Position numbers and translations under genes: made by a program. Below, piece by piece: positions 39,190 to 48,197 of a stretch of DNA of 64,000 bases; the first letter of the stretch is position 1, and every line of letters starts with the position of its first letter. This stretch comes from Methanocorpusculum sp. GTDB taxonomy: Archaea > Halobacteriota > Methanomicrobia > Methanomicrobiales > Methanocorpusculaceae. Location of the stretch: contig DALTWK010000003.1 of assembly GCA_029987115.1 (NCBI GenBank), positions 39,661 to 103,660 of the forward strand, in the 5' to 3' direction. Below the pieces are notes generated by a model. The model saw only the letters and a list, made by a program, of their open reading frames with translations. It did no database searches and was not told the origin of the DNA.

Positions 39190-40373
39190 GTTTTATCTAT
39201 TTCTCTTTTCGTCCGTTTTTTTAATTTGTTTCCGGTAATAAACCAGATGAGTGCAAGACAGCATCCGGAAATTCCTGCTATGGTATACATTAGCGCATAG
39301 TTTCCCTCGCCTACAAAAGAAAGAATTGCAGGTCCGACGAATGTGGTGAGAAAGAGACCTACGAAAACAGAAACCGTAACTCCGCTCACATATTTCCCTA
39401 ATACATTTGATGGGGTTATTTTTCCAATCCATGCAGAACCGTTTGGAATGGCTAGACCAAGACCGAAACCAACAAAGATGAGGCCTATAGCTATGGGCAA
39501 GAGATATTCGGTTGCAGCAATAAGAAAGAGTCCAATTGCTTCTATAAGGAATACTATGGAAAATATCTCCATATGGCTGAAGCGTTTTGCAAACCGCCAG
39601 AAAATAAAACCCGATGCTGCGCTACACAGTCCAAAAAGACCGAGAAGTAATCCTGTCCATAGTGGGGAAATTTCTGAGGAAAACCCTCCTAGGTAGTAGG
39701 AAAGGTTTACGGCACAGATATACATTAACAGTGCAATCAGAACCATTGATCCATAGATGAGCAGGTATGTTGTGAGTTTTGCTGGTTTTACCGTATCATC
39801 TGTAACTGTAGTATTATTCACTTTTTCAGGTTCACGTATTTTTATGATAACAAATGGCAGAATAATCAATCCGAGGAGATATATAAGAAATGAATATCTC
39901 CATCCGATGCTGGCAAGCGCACCGCATGCTGTTTGCAGAATCATGGTTCCAATTCCGTTTGCAGTTGCCATATATCCCAAATATTTTGAACGTAACGGTT
40001 CCGAATAATATTCTGTAATAAGAGCAGTTACCATAGGCAACAGACCTGCAATACTGACTCCAAGAACCAATCGACAAGCTATTATTGCGTAGATATTTTC
40101 TAAAAAGAATCCCGAAACTCCGGAAAGTCCAAAAACAGCAAGAGCAGTGCAAAGCACTTTTACTCGTCCTATTTTATCAGAAAGGGTTCCTATGAAGAAT
40201 CCTGAGATGGCTGTTGCGAGAGGGGGAAGTGTTAGGACTAGATTTACAACCATTTCAGGAGCACTGAATGCTTCTTTAATCAAATCAAGAACTGGTGCAA
40301 CGGCTGCAGTTCCTAATAGAGACGGCATTCCAGCGCAGAGTAGGATAAATAATGCTGTTTTACTTGTTTTCAT
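39186..40373 (-). CDS. MFS transporter
   Basis: About 12 TM; G.LSDKIGR motif A; GWRYSFLIY. Confidence 0.92.
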   Translation of the reverse strand: MKTSKTALFILLCAGMPSLLGTAAVAPVLDLIKEAFSAPEMVVNLVLTLPPLATAISGFFIGTLSDKIGRVKVLCTALAVFGLSGVSGFFLENIYAIIACRLVLGVSIAGLLPMVTALITEYYSEPLRSKYLGYMATANGIGTMILQTACGALASIGWRYSFLIYLLGLIILPFVIIKIREPEKVNNTTVTDDTVKPAKLTTYLLIYGSMVLIALLMYICAVNLSYYLGGFSSEISPLWTGLLLGLFGLCSAASGFIFWRFAKRFSHMEIFSIVFLIEAIGLFLIAATEYLLPIAIGLIFVGFGLGLAIPNGSAWIGKITPSNVLGKYVSGVTVSVFVGLFLTTFVGPAILSFVGEGNYALMYTIAGISGCCLALIWFITGNKLKKRTKREIDKT

Positions 40374-41164
40374 TTTTCAAACCATAAGGGTTGTACTGTA
40401 CGTCTCCCTGCTGGATATACTATTGAATGCGCTATTGCTTCAGTTACAAATTCTTTTCCCATTTTTGCCGCATCATAAACAGAATATCCCTTAGCGATGA
40501 ATGAGGCTATAGCTGATGATAGACAACATCCAGTTCCATGAATATCTTTGTAGGGTAACTGTCTTGTTGATATCTTTTTCATGCCATATCTGTCGATATA
40601 GTAATCAACACCTCCCCAATCGGGGCGGTGTCCTCCTTTTATGAGGACTGCTTTACTTCCCGTTTCCAGAAACCATTCACCTGCGGAAAGGACAGATGCT
40701 TCGTCATTTATTTCTACTCCAGAGAGCTCCTTTGCTTCTGGGATGTTGGGGGTTACAATTTGGGCACGTGGGAGGAGTTTTTCAATCAGGGTCTCTTCTG
40801 CGTTTTTATCCAGAAGACGGCAGCCACTGGTAGAAATCAGTACTGGGTCAACAACAATATTTCTCTTGTTTGGGATTGCCGAGGCAACAGCTTCTACGGT
40901 TTCTTCGTCCATTAGCATACCTGTTTTATAACACCCAATGGGGAATTCCTCCTCTAAGGCATCAATCTGTTCACAAATGAATTTTTGAGAAACCTTGTAT
41001 GATGAACGGACATGATTGCCGTTTTGTGCAGTAAGGGCTGCAATAACCGTCATTCCCCAGACACCACAGGCACCCATCGTTTTCAAATCCGTTTGAATTC
41101 CTGCCCCGGCTGAGGAATCAGATCCTGCAATGGAAACAGCATACGCTGTCTTCTCTATATTCAT
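40370..41164 (-). CDS. thiD: Hydroxymethylpyrimidine/phosphomethylpyrimidine kinase
   Basis: IAGSDSSAGAGIQTDLKT, KTGML, VVDPV, TPNIPEA, KGGH, HGTGC. Confidence 0.93.
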   Translation of the reverse strand: MNIEKTAYAVSIAGSDSSAGAGIQTDLKTMGACGVWGMTVIAALTAQNGNHVRSSYKVSQKFICEQIDALEEEFPIGCYKTGMLMDEETVEAVASAIPNKRNIVVDPVLISTSGCRLLDKNAEETLIEKLLPRAQIVTPNIPEAKELSGVEINDEASVLSAGEWFLETGSKAVLIKGGHRPDWGGVDYYIDRYGMKKISTRQLPYKDIHGTGCCLSSAIASFIAKGYSVYDAAKMGKEFVTEAIAHSIVYPAGRRTVQPLWFEK

Positions 41165-41245
41165 GATATAGTGTGTGCAGGATAAGAGTTTAGTGTTTTC
41201 CAAAGCCAACCATTAACCATTAATGAAACGAATATATCTATAATT

Positions 41246-42409
41246 ATGAAATATCTTCTCATTCTTGCAGATGGTGCGGCTGATGAACCGCTCGAGGAAC
41301 TCGGTGGAAAAACGCCACTAGAGGTCGCAAGGAAACCGAATATGGATAAAATCGCCCGTGAAGGGAGATGCGGTATGCTCAAAACCGTTGACGAATCCAT
41401 GGTTCCTGGTTCCGACGTTGCCAATATGTCCATCCTGGGTTATGACCCGAATAAATATTATACGGGACGCGGTGCACTTGAGGCATTAAGCATGGGAATT
41501 CCATTCAATCATGACGATGTCGCATATCGTTGCAATTTGGTTGCCATTGAAAATGGAAAGATGAAAGACTTTTCAGCAGGTCATATTACAAGCGAAGAGG
41601 GTGCTGAACTTTTCAAGTCTCTGCAGGAAAAGTATCCAATGCTTAATTTCTACCCGGGTGTATCTTACAGAAATGTCATCATGTTCCCAGGGGGAAAAGG
41701 AGCTGATTCAACTGCTCCTCACGATATAGTCGATCAGGTGGTTGACCCCTATCTTCCGCAGGGAGAAGATGCTGATATTCTGATGAAGGCGATGGTTGCG
41801 GCATCAGACGTATTTGAAAATCATCCGGTTAATAAAAAGCGTATTGCAGAAGGAAAGACCCCTGCTACAACGATTTGGCCATGGAGTGGCGGAAAGAAAC
41901 CAGAAATGCCATCCTTTGAATCCAAATATCATAAAAAAGGAGCTATGATTTCCGCAGTTGATCTTCTTTTCGGCATTGCGTCATGCGCCGGCATGAAGAT
42001 AGTTAAAGTTCCTGGGGCAACCGGTTTCCTTGATACGAATTATATGGGCAAGGCGGAAGCAGCAGTTGAGACGCTCAAAGGAGATGTTGATTTCCTCTAT
42101 ATGCATGTGGAAGCAACGGATGAAGCAGGGCACCTTGGATCCATTGAAGAAAAAATAAAGGCAATCGAGAATCTTGATAAAGCAGTTGGCTACATCCTCG
42201 ACAATTTTGAAGGGTGCATCATGCTGATGCCAGACCATCCGACTCCCATTTCCAAAAAGACCCATACTCATGATGCAGTGCCGTTTGCAATTATGGGAAA
42301 AGACAAAGCCGATGACTGCAAAATCTATTCGGAAAAAGAATGCAGAGAAAAGGGCTCTTATGGATTAATCCATGCTGTCGACCTCCTTGACATGGTTTTC
42401 AAGGATTAA
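41246..42409 (+). CDS. apgM: 2,3-BPG-independent phosphoglycerate mutase (archaeal ApgM family)
   Basis: DGAAD, KTPLE, PGSDVAN, GRGALEA, DEAGH, PDHPTP, HTHDAVP. Confidence 0.92.
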   Translation: MKYLLILADGAADEPLEELGGKTPLEVARKPNMDKIAREGRCGMLKTVDESMVPGSDVANMSILGYDPNKYYTGRGALEALSMGIPFNHDDVAYRCNLVAIENGKMKDFSAGHITSEEGAELFKSLQEKYPMLNFYPGVSYRNVIMFPGGKGADSTAPHDIVDQVVDPYLPQGEDADILMKAMVAASDVFENHPVNKKRIAEGKTPATTIWPWSGGKKPEMPSFESKYHKKGAMISAVDLLFGIASCAGMKIVKVPGATGFLDTNYMGKAEAAVETLKGDVDFLYMHVEATDEAGHLGSIEEKIKAIENLDKAVGYILDNFEGCIMLMPDHPTPISKKTHTHDAVPFAIMGKDKADDCKIYSEKECREKGSYGLIHAVDLLDMVFKD

Positions 42410-42473
42410 TCTTTTTTTTAAGTTTCTTTAACCTATCAAACTATATCTTGCAACTTCCAATATATACCCAAGA

Positions 42474-44363
42474 ATGGAAGAAACTAAGACATTCGGGGAA
42501 TTTGCGATTTCTGAAGAAGTACTTCAGGCAATAAGCGATATGGGATTTGAGGAGCCTACGCCGATTCAACTGATGGCGATTCCACAGATTCTTGAGGGGA
42601 ACGATGTTACCGGGCAGGCTCAGACGGGAACGGGAAAAACTGCAGCATTTGGGATTCCAATTATCGAGAAACTCGATCCGGAAAATAGTAATGTACAGGC
42701 GATAGTACTTTCACCGACACGTGAATTGACTATTCAGACCGCCGAGGAATTTTCCCGGCTCATGAAATACAAGAAAGGACTGAATGTGGTCCCAATTTAT
42801 GGTGGCCAGTCAATAGAACGTCAGTTCCGTGCATTACGAGGGCCGGTTCAGGTTGTTATAGGAACACCTGGACGTGTTATTGACCATATTAAACGCGGGA
42901 CACTCCGCTTAGATAATGTAACCATGTTTGTTCTGGATGAAGCTGATCAGATGCTTGACATGGGATTCCGTGATGACATATTTGAAATATTAAATGAGAC
43001 ATCTGGAGAGCGGCAGACAATCCTCTTCTCGGCAACAATGCCGAAACCAATTTTGGATATTACCAAGCGGTTCCAGAAAAATCCGGAATTTATCAAAATA
43101 ACACGTCGTGAACTTACTGTTCCACAGATTGAACAGACCTATATTGAGGTGCGGGAACGCGACAAACTGGAAGCTCTCTGTCGGTTCCTTGATATGAACA
43201 ATCCAGAACTTGCACTTGTTTTCTGCAACACCAAAAAGGCTGTTGATGATTTGATGACCAGAATGCAGGCACGTGGTTATTTCGTTGAAGCTCTTCACGG
43301 TGATATGAAACAGATGCAGCGTGACCGTGTTATGGAGCGGTTCAGAGGGGGAAATATCGATGTGTTAATTGCAACAGATGTTGCAGCGCGTGGTATTGAT
43401 GTAGATGACGTGGATATTGTCTTTAACTATGATGTTCCGCAGGACGTGGAGTATTATGTTCACCGCATCGGAAGAACCGGCCGTGCAGGACGTACTGGGA
43501 AATCAGTCACTTTCGTTGCACCAAAGGAAATCTACCGCCTTCGCGATATTCAGCGGTATGCGAAAATCAAAATTGCAAAGACACCAATTCCGACGTTAGA
43601 CGATGTCGCCGAAGTCAAGCAGCAGATTTTCCTCGATAAAGTAAGAGAGGTAATTAATGGTGGAGATATTGAGCGTTACCTCCCGTTAGTGGAACAACTG
43701 CTCGAGACAGAATCAGAGGATGATACCCAAGAAGTAACGAGCATTGAAGTTGCGGCGGCACTTCTGAAGATGCACCTTGAAGACTCCAAAACTACTATGA
43801 GCGAAGAGATTCAGGAACTCCAACCACGGCCTGAAATCCGTAGAAAAGAACGTCCAGAACGCAGTAATGAGCCAATTGAAGAAGGGACCTATGAGAACTG
43901 CGGTGCCGAAGAAGGAATGGTACGTTTCCGCATAACTTTAGGAAAGAATCAGCAGATTCGGCCGAAAGATATTGTTGGTGCATTTGCCGGTGAATGTGAT
44001 ATTCCGGGATCTTGCATTGGAAGAATCGATCTCTATGGAAACTACTCGTTTGTTGAGGTTCCGTTGGAGCATGCTGATAAAGTCAAGGAGATTATGGGAA
44101 CAAAATCTATACGCGGCAAGGGGCTTGAAATTACTGTGGCAACTCCTCGTTCGGAACGTGATGGGGATGATGAGAGAAGAGGCCGTCGTGATTTCCACCA
44201 CAGTGGAGAGAGACGTGGCGGCAGTCGTCGCGACGGGGGCAATTCTCGTCGCGGTGGTGATCGCCGAGGCAATCATAACGGAGGCGACCATCGCGGAGGA
44301 TATCAACGCAAATCTTTCGATCGCAAAAAGCGTGAGGGTGCCGGTCACACCTTCTACGAATAA
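42474..44363 (+). CDS. deaD: DEAD-box RNA helicase (DeaD/CsdA type, DbpA domain, RG-rich tail)
   Basis: Q motif PTPIQ, AQTGTGKT, PTREL, DEAD, SAT, ARGID, HRIGRTGRAG. Confidence 0.95.
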   Translation: MEETKTFGEFAISEEVLQAISDMGFEEPTPIQLMAIPQILEGNDVTGQAQTGTGKTAAFGIPIIEKLDPENSNVQAIVLSPTRELTIQTAEEFSRLMKYKKGLNVVPIYGGQSIERQFRALRGPVQVVIGTPGRVIDHIKRGTLRLDNVTMFVLDEADQMLDMGFRDDIFEILNETSGERQTILFSATMPKPILDITKRFQKNPEFIKITRRELTVPQIEQTYIEVRERDKLEALCRFLDMNNPELALVFCNTKKAVDDLMTRMQARGYFVEALHGDMKQMQRDRVMERFRGGNIDVLIATDVAARGIDVDDVDIVFNYDVPQDVEYYVHRIGRTGRAGRTGKSVTFVAPKEIYRLRDIQRYAKIKIAKTPIPTLDDVAEVKQQIFLDKVREVINGGDIERYLPLVEQLLETESEDDTQEVTSIEVAAALLKMHLEDSKTTMSEEIQELQPRPEIRRKERPERSNEPIEEGTYENCGAEEGMVRFRITLGKNQQIRPKDIVGAFAGECDIPGSCIGRIDLYGNYSFVEVPLEHADKVKEIMGTKSIRGKGLEITVATPRSERDGDDERRGRRDFHHSGERRGGSRRDGGNSRRGGDRRGNHNGGDHRGGYQRKSFDRKKREGAGHTFYE

Positions 44364-44396
44364 CTTTTTTTCACGATATCTTCATAATATGACAGG

Positions 44397-44539
44397 TTCT
44401 ATAAATATAGCGTTTCAGTTTATGAAACCCGAATTAGGAAACTAATCCGACCTGCGGGACGGACATACAATACTTTTGGGATTCACCTCCCCTGAGTCAT
44501 GTCCTGAGTGCAGAAAAACCTCAAAAATGGTGAATTAAC
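44397..44539 (+). promoter_or_regulatory. Promoter and structured 5' leader of rpl30e-nusA
   Basis: TATAAATA near 44400; ATTAG-GAAA-CTAAT hairpin; GGACAT/ATGTCC and CTGC/GCAG stems; ATTCACC complementary to the SD GGTGAAT. Confidence 0.5.
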
Positions 44540-44821
44540 ATGGATTTCAATTTATCCTTACGTAGAGCTATCCAGACCGGAAACGTCGTTCTCGGTCACA
44601 ACTCTGTTGAAAAGAACGTTGCAAATGCAAAGCTCATCATTGTTGCAGAAAATGCACCGGAAAAGGTTCGTGCAATGCTTGCAGCACATGAGAATGTTCC
44701 ACTCTATGAGTTTAGCGGAAGTTCCCGTCAGCTTGGAAAAGAATGCGGTCGCGATCATATGATTAGCGTTCTTGCAGTTATCGATGCAGGCGAATCCGAT
44801 ATCCTCTCCCTCAAAGAGTGA
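44540..44821 (+). CDS. rpl30e: 50S ribosomal protein L30e
   Basis: LRRAIQTG.V.LG, AKLIIVA.N.P, GSS..LG..CG, GESDIL. Confidence 0.95.
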   Translation: MDFNLSLRRAIQTGNVVLGHNSVEKNVANAKLIIVAENAPEKVRAMLAAHENVPLYEFSGSSRQLGKECGRDHMISVLAVIDAGESDILSLKE

Positions 44822-44829
44822 ATTCAAAT

Positions 44830-45303
44830 ATGAGCGAAATCACAATTTCCGAAGATGCAATGCGTCTCATTGCACAGTTTGAAAACTTAACCGGTGCTGG
44901 TGCACGTGATTGTGTGGTTGACGAGAAATTCAACCGCATTCTTTTTGTTATCAACCCGGGAGAGATGGGACTTGCAATCGGAAAGAAAGGTGCCAGCGTA
45001 AAGAAGGCATCTGATGCTTTTGGTAAGAAAGTAGAAGTTGTTGAATACAATCCTGATAAAGTTCAGTTCCTGAGAAACTGTTTCCTCCCGGTTCAAATTC
45101 AGACTGTAACCTTCGAAGAAGGTGAAGAGGAAGGAACTGAAGTTGCCTATATTGAAGTGAAGCCGGAAGATCGTGGACTTGCAATTGGCAAAGAAGGAAG
45201 AAACATTATCAAAGCAAAGAAGCTTGCTCTTCGTCAGTTCGATATTGCAAATGTTGAACTCTTACAGGAAGAAGAGGAAGCAGAAGAATTAGAGGAATTA
45301 TAA
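44830..45303 (+). CDS. nusA: Archaeal NusA-like transcription factor (2 KH domains)
   Basis: FE.LTGA.A.DC, GLAIGKKG, KVEVVE, GLAIGKEGRNI. Confidence 0.93.
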   Translation: MSEITISEDAMRLIAQFENLTGAGARDCVVDEKFNRILFVINPGEMGLAIGKKGASVKKASDAFGKKVEVVEYNPDKVQFLRNCFLPVQIQTVTFEEGEEEGTEVAYIEVKPEDRGLAIGKEGRNIIKAKKLALRQFDIANVELLQEEEEAEELEEL

Positions 45304-45332
45304 CTCCTCTTATCTCTTTTCATAAGGAATTC

Positions 45333-45349
45333 GAATACTAGTAGTATTC
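45333..45349. repeat. Perfect inverted repeat between convergent genes
   Basis: GAATACTA-G-TAGTATTC, flanked by TCTCTTTT/AAAAGAGA. Confidence 0.5.
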
Positions 45350-45573
45350 AAAAAAAAGAGAATTGTGCATTTTTGAGATTCAGTCCCTCGAATAAAAAGA
45401 CGAATCTTAGCTAAGTTTAGAGTAAACATCGAAATTTTAGATTAATAGAAATATGGTCAACATTTCTTGAATCTAGGATTTAGGATACACGTCTTTTGGA
45501 ATAATCATGTGATGTGTTTCGAGAGAGTGTTTCGACAATTGGATTCATAATAATTAAGTGAAAAAAGGGGTGT

Positions 45574-46158
45574 TTATGCTGTTCCAGCATTGTTTGTTGC
45601 TTTTTTGATTAAAATAGCCTGGATGATGGAAATTATGCCATAGATGACCATGAAGATTGCAGATGCATAAACGATAAACACAGCAGTAATCCATGGGGTG
45701 AGGTTAAATGCCGCAACAAAGATAATGATACCCAGAATGATTCCGATAATACCTGCAACAATGGTCGGTACACGTTTTTCCTTCATTGAATCTGTAATCC
45801 CCGAAATTAGGTTGAAGATACCACTGATTAATGCCGATGCCGCAAGGAAGTAAACAAGGAAGGCTTCAAATGCTGCTGTGTTAAAGAGGGCAACAATACC
45901 TAAAATGATAACTATTACTCCAAGAATAACGGATGCAGCACCTACTCCTCCGAGACTTGCACCTCCACAAAGTAATGCAATTCCGAGGAAAATGAGTAGA
46001 ATTGCACAGATAGTTGCTGGAATTGCTGTTACGGTCAGCGCTCCAACCCAAGATGAGTTGATAAGAATGCCGATAATAACGCCGAGGATAATAAGTAACG
46101 CACCTCTGCCGACCAGGGTACCAACCTCAAAATTTGGTGTGATTTTTTCTGTAATCAT
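45574..46158 (-). CDS. HdeD/DUF308-family membrane protein
   Basis: About 6 TM; RGALLIILG and repeated G-rich helical hairpins. Confidence 0.8.
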   Translation of the reverse strand: MITEKITPNFEVGTLVGRGALLIILGVIIGILINSSWVGALTVTAIPATICAILLIFLGIALLCGGASLGGVGAASVILGVIVIILGIVALFNTAAFEAFLVYFLAASALISGIFNLISGITDSMKEKRVPTIVAGIIGIILGIIIFVAAFNLTPWITAVFIVYASAIFMVIYGIISIIQAILIKKATNNAGTA

Positions 46159-46319
46159 ATTTTAGTTATTTTTTAATTCTTTAATATAATTCTAATGTTA
46201 TTGTAAAGTAATTTGATTTAATAAACTACTTAGGGTGTCATTTCATTTTTTATTGGTGATAGGAAATATCATTATTTGATTGAATAATAAAGGAAGAAAA
46301 AGAAGAGTTTTTGAAATAA

Positions 46320-46661
46320 TTAGCCTTTAATGGCCGCATTTTTTGCGCGTTTTACTCGTTCTTTTGTAGTAAAACAGGTAACTAAATCTAGGAACTGTCT
46401 AAATTTTTTATTGGTGTCAAGGATTATTGGATCTGCTTCCTCGTCGGGGAGTGAGAGAATTTTTTCGTCGGTTTCTGTGTTAACAATGACCGTTTTGTTT
46501 CCTTCTCCCGGCCATACTTCAAGGAGTTTCATACTTCCATATGACACAGCATAATGACCATTTGTTACATCCGGTTTCAAACCGAAGATGTCTGAAAATC
46601 CTGCATTGATTCTGTTTTCGAGATCTTTCGTGTTTCCACGTTTGACTTCGTATTCTTGCAT
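46320..46661 (-). CDS. Conserved archaeal protein (DUF5611-like)
   Basis: MQEY.VKRG, SYGS, FLD.VT.FT.KER.K. Confidence 0.78.
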   Translation of the reverse strand: MQEYEVKRGNTKDLENRINAGFSDIFGLKPDVTNGHYAVSYGSMKLLEVWPGEGNKTVIVNTETDEKILSLPDEEADPIILDTNKKFRQFLDLVTCFTTKERVKRAKNAAIKG

Positions 46662-46773
46662 GATAGAATGTTTGCCGTCTTGTAATTAATTCTCTTCCAT
46701 TTCATCATACTTCCGCATACATAATAATCACTATCTTTATCTTAGTGAACTGCAAATAGTATAGAGCAATAAT

Positions 46774-46848
46774 GGGCTTGTGGCTTAGCCAGGATATAGC
46801 GTCGGGCTTCTAACCCGAATGCCGGGGGTTCGAATCCCTCCAGGCCCG
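46774..46848 (+). tRNA. tRNA-Arg(TCT)
   Basis: Acceptor GGGCTTG/CAGGCCC; TCGGG-CTTCTAA-CCCGA; TTCGAAT. Confidence 0.96.
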
Positions 46849-47263
46849 TATCTTGTTTTCTGAGTTCTTATCGAGTTTTGTTCTGTTTTTGTGGTTTATT
46901 TCCCAATTTGGGTTCATCGTATTCCTGGTTATCTAAAATATCCATGTAGCTTTCTGGATTTCATCCGTCCAAAAAATATTGACGAATATCTTCATGATGA
47001 AATGTGCGATATTACGTTCATTGACGAATAAAAATCTCAATTTTTTGACTGAGTACCACAGGGTTTATATGGTCAAACAGCAACTTAATTAGTAAGACAG
47101 TTCGCGGAGGTGAGCTGCCAAGAAAAGCGTGATACATCTGCAAGGGAAATAAATGGAAACTTCAAAATGAAGTTGTATAGTTGTTGAATATCTGTTTTGA
47201 ATTGATTGTTAAGATTATTGTAAAGCGATAATTGTATTTCTCATCCAAGCAAACACATATGCA

Positions 47264-48109
47264 ATGGATATCAGTCATCTGAAATTGGCAGAGGAGTACT
47301 ATGCCCGGGGAAACTATTCTGGGGCTCTCGCCGAAATCGGGTTAGCAGTTCGTGATCTTGCCTCGGAGAGTCGCGATTTTATTCTGTCTGTTGCTCCCAC
47401 CGAAGTTGAAAAAATTCTATTATCCATGATTCATCGGGTAGCAAAATCTGTTGGAGCTATTCCTGATTTAATTGAGTTTGTAAAAAAATTTCTCCCCGAT
47501 TTGATAGATTTTCTTCCATCATCCTTGGGAAGCCTTCCGCTTGATGATTTGAAATATGTATTAGTATCCTTGTTCCAAAAGGCCGAGGAGGAAGTAAAGG
47601 AATCTTCAGATGAGTATACCAATGAAGAATTTTGTGAAGATAAAACAGATGCTGAGAAACTCAGCAGTCTTATCAACAAGATGAGTGAAGAGATTCAATT
47701 GCGTGAAAAGATTTTCTCGGATGGCGGTGTTTATCAATCATTATCAATGGTAGCATCCCCATATGTCGCAGGCGCTCTCCTTTATCTGAAAGATGAGGAT
47801 GCTAATTCTGCGGAATCTCAAGCGGAAGAACTCCTTCAAGGACCTGGTCGAAATCTTGCAATTCTATGTTATTCATTCCTGACTTCCGAATTCCTTGCGG
47901 GATTGATTCTCTTATTCATCAAACGCCGGATTCATCTTCCATTTATGGGAAAATCGAAAATTTCTGGTGCATCTCAGATGGTAAGATATATTGTTCCGAA
48001 TATTCCACTGATTATTGCGGGTCTAAAACTCGTCGCAGAAGAACTCACTTCAATCAAAGGAATCATCAAATCAACCTCCACAGAAATAACTATACCTGTG
48101 GAGGACTAA
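47264..48109 (+). CDS. Hypothetical all-helical protein
   Basis: 281-aa ORF; N-terminal TPR-like helix (LAEEYYARGNYSGAL); no family recognised. Confidence 0.7.
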   Translation: MDISHLKLAEEYYARGNYSGALAEIGLAVRDLASESRDFILSVAPTEVEKILLSMIHRVAKSVGAIPDLIEFVKKFLPDLIDFLPSSLGSLPLDDLKYVLVSLFQKAEEEVKESSDEYTNEEFCEDKTDAEKLSSLINKMSEEIQLREKIFSDGGVYQSLSMVASPYVAGALLYLKDEDANSAESQAEELLQGPGRNLAILCYSFLTSEFLAGLILLFIKRRIHLPFMGKSKISGASQMVRYIVPNIPLIIAGLKLVAEELTSIKGIIKSTSTEITIPVED

Positions 48110-48121
48110 TATTTTCCACGC

Positions 48122-48192
48122 GCGGTAATAGTCCAATGGTAGGACGGGAGCTTCCCAAGCTTCTGATCCGGGTTCGATCCCCGGTTATCGCA
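48122..48192 (+). tRNA. tRNA-Gly(CCC)
   Basis: Acceptor GCGGTAA/TTATCGC; GGAGC-TTCCCAA-GCTTC; T-arm CCGGG-TTCGATC-CCCGG. Confidence 0.96.
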
Positions 48193-48197
48193 TTTCT

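Noticed and set aside
44160..44310. Repetitive CGTGGCGG/GATCGC-like DNA
   Set aside because: Encodes the RG-rich low-complexity tail typical of DeaD helicases; not a CRISPR array or mobile repeat
46891..47031. 46-aa GTG-start ORF after tRNA-Arg(TCT)
   Set aside because: No SD or recognisable motif; not supportable as a gene, mentioned only as a possible relic
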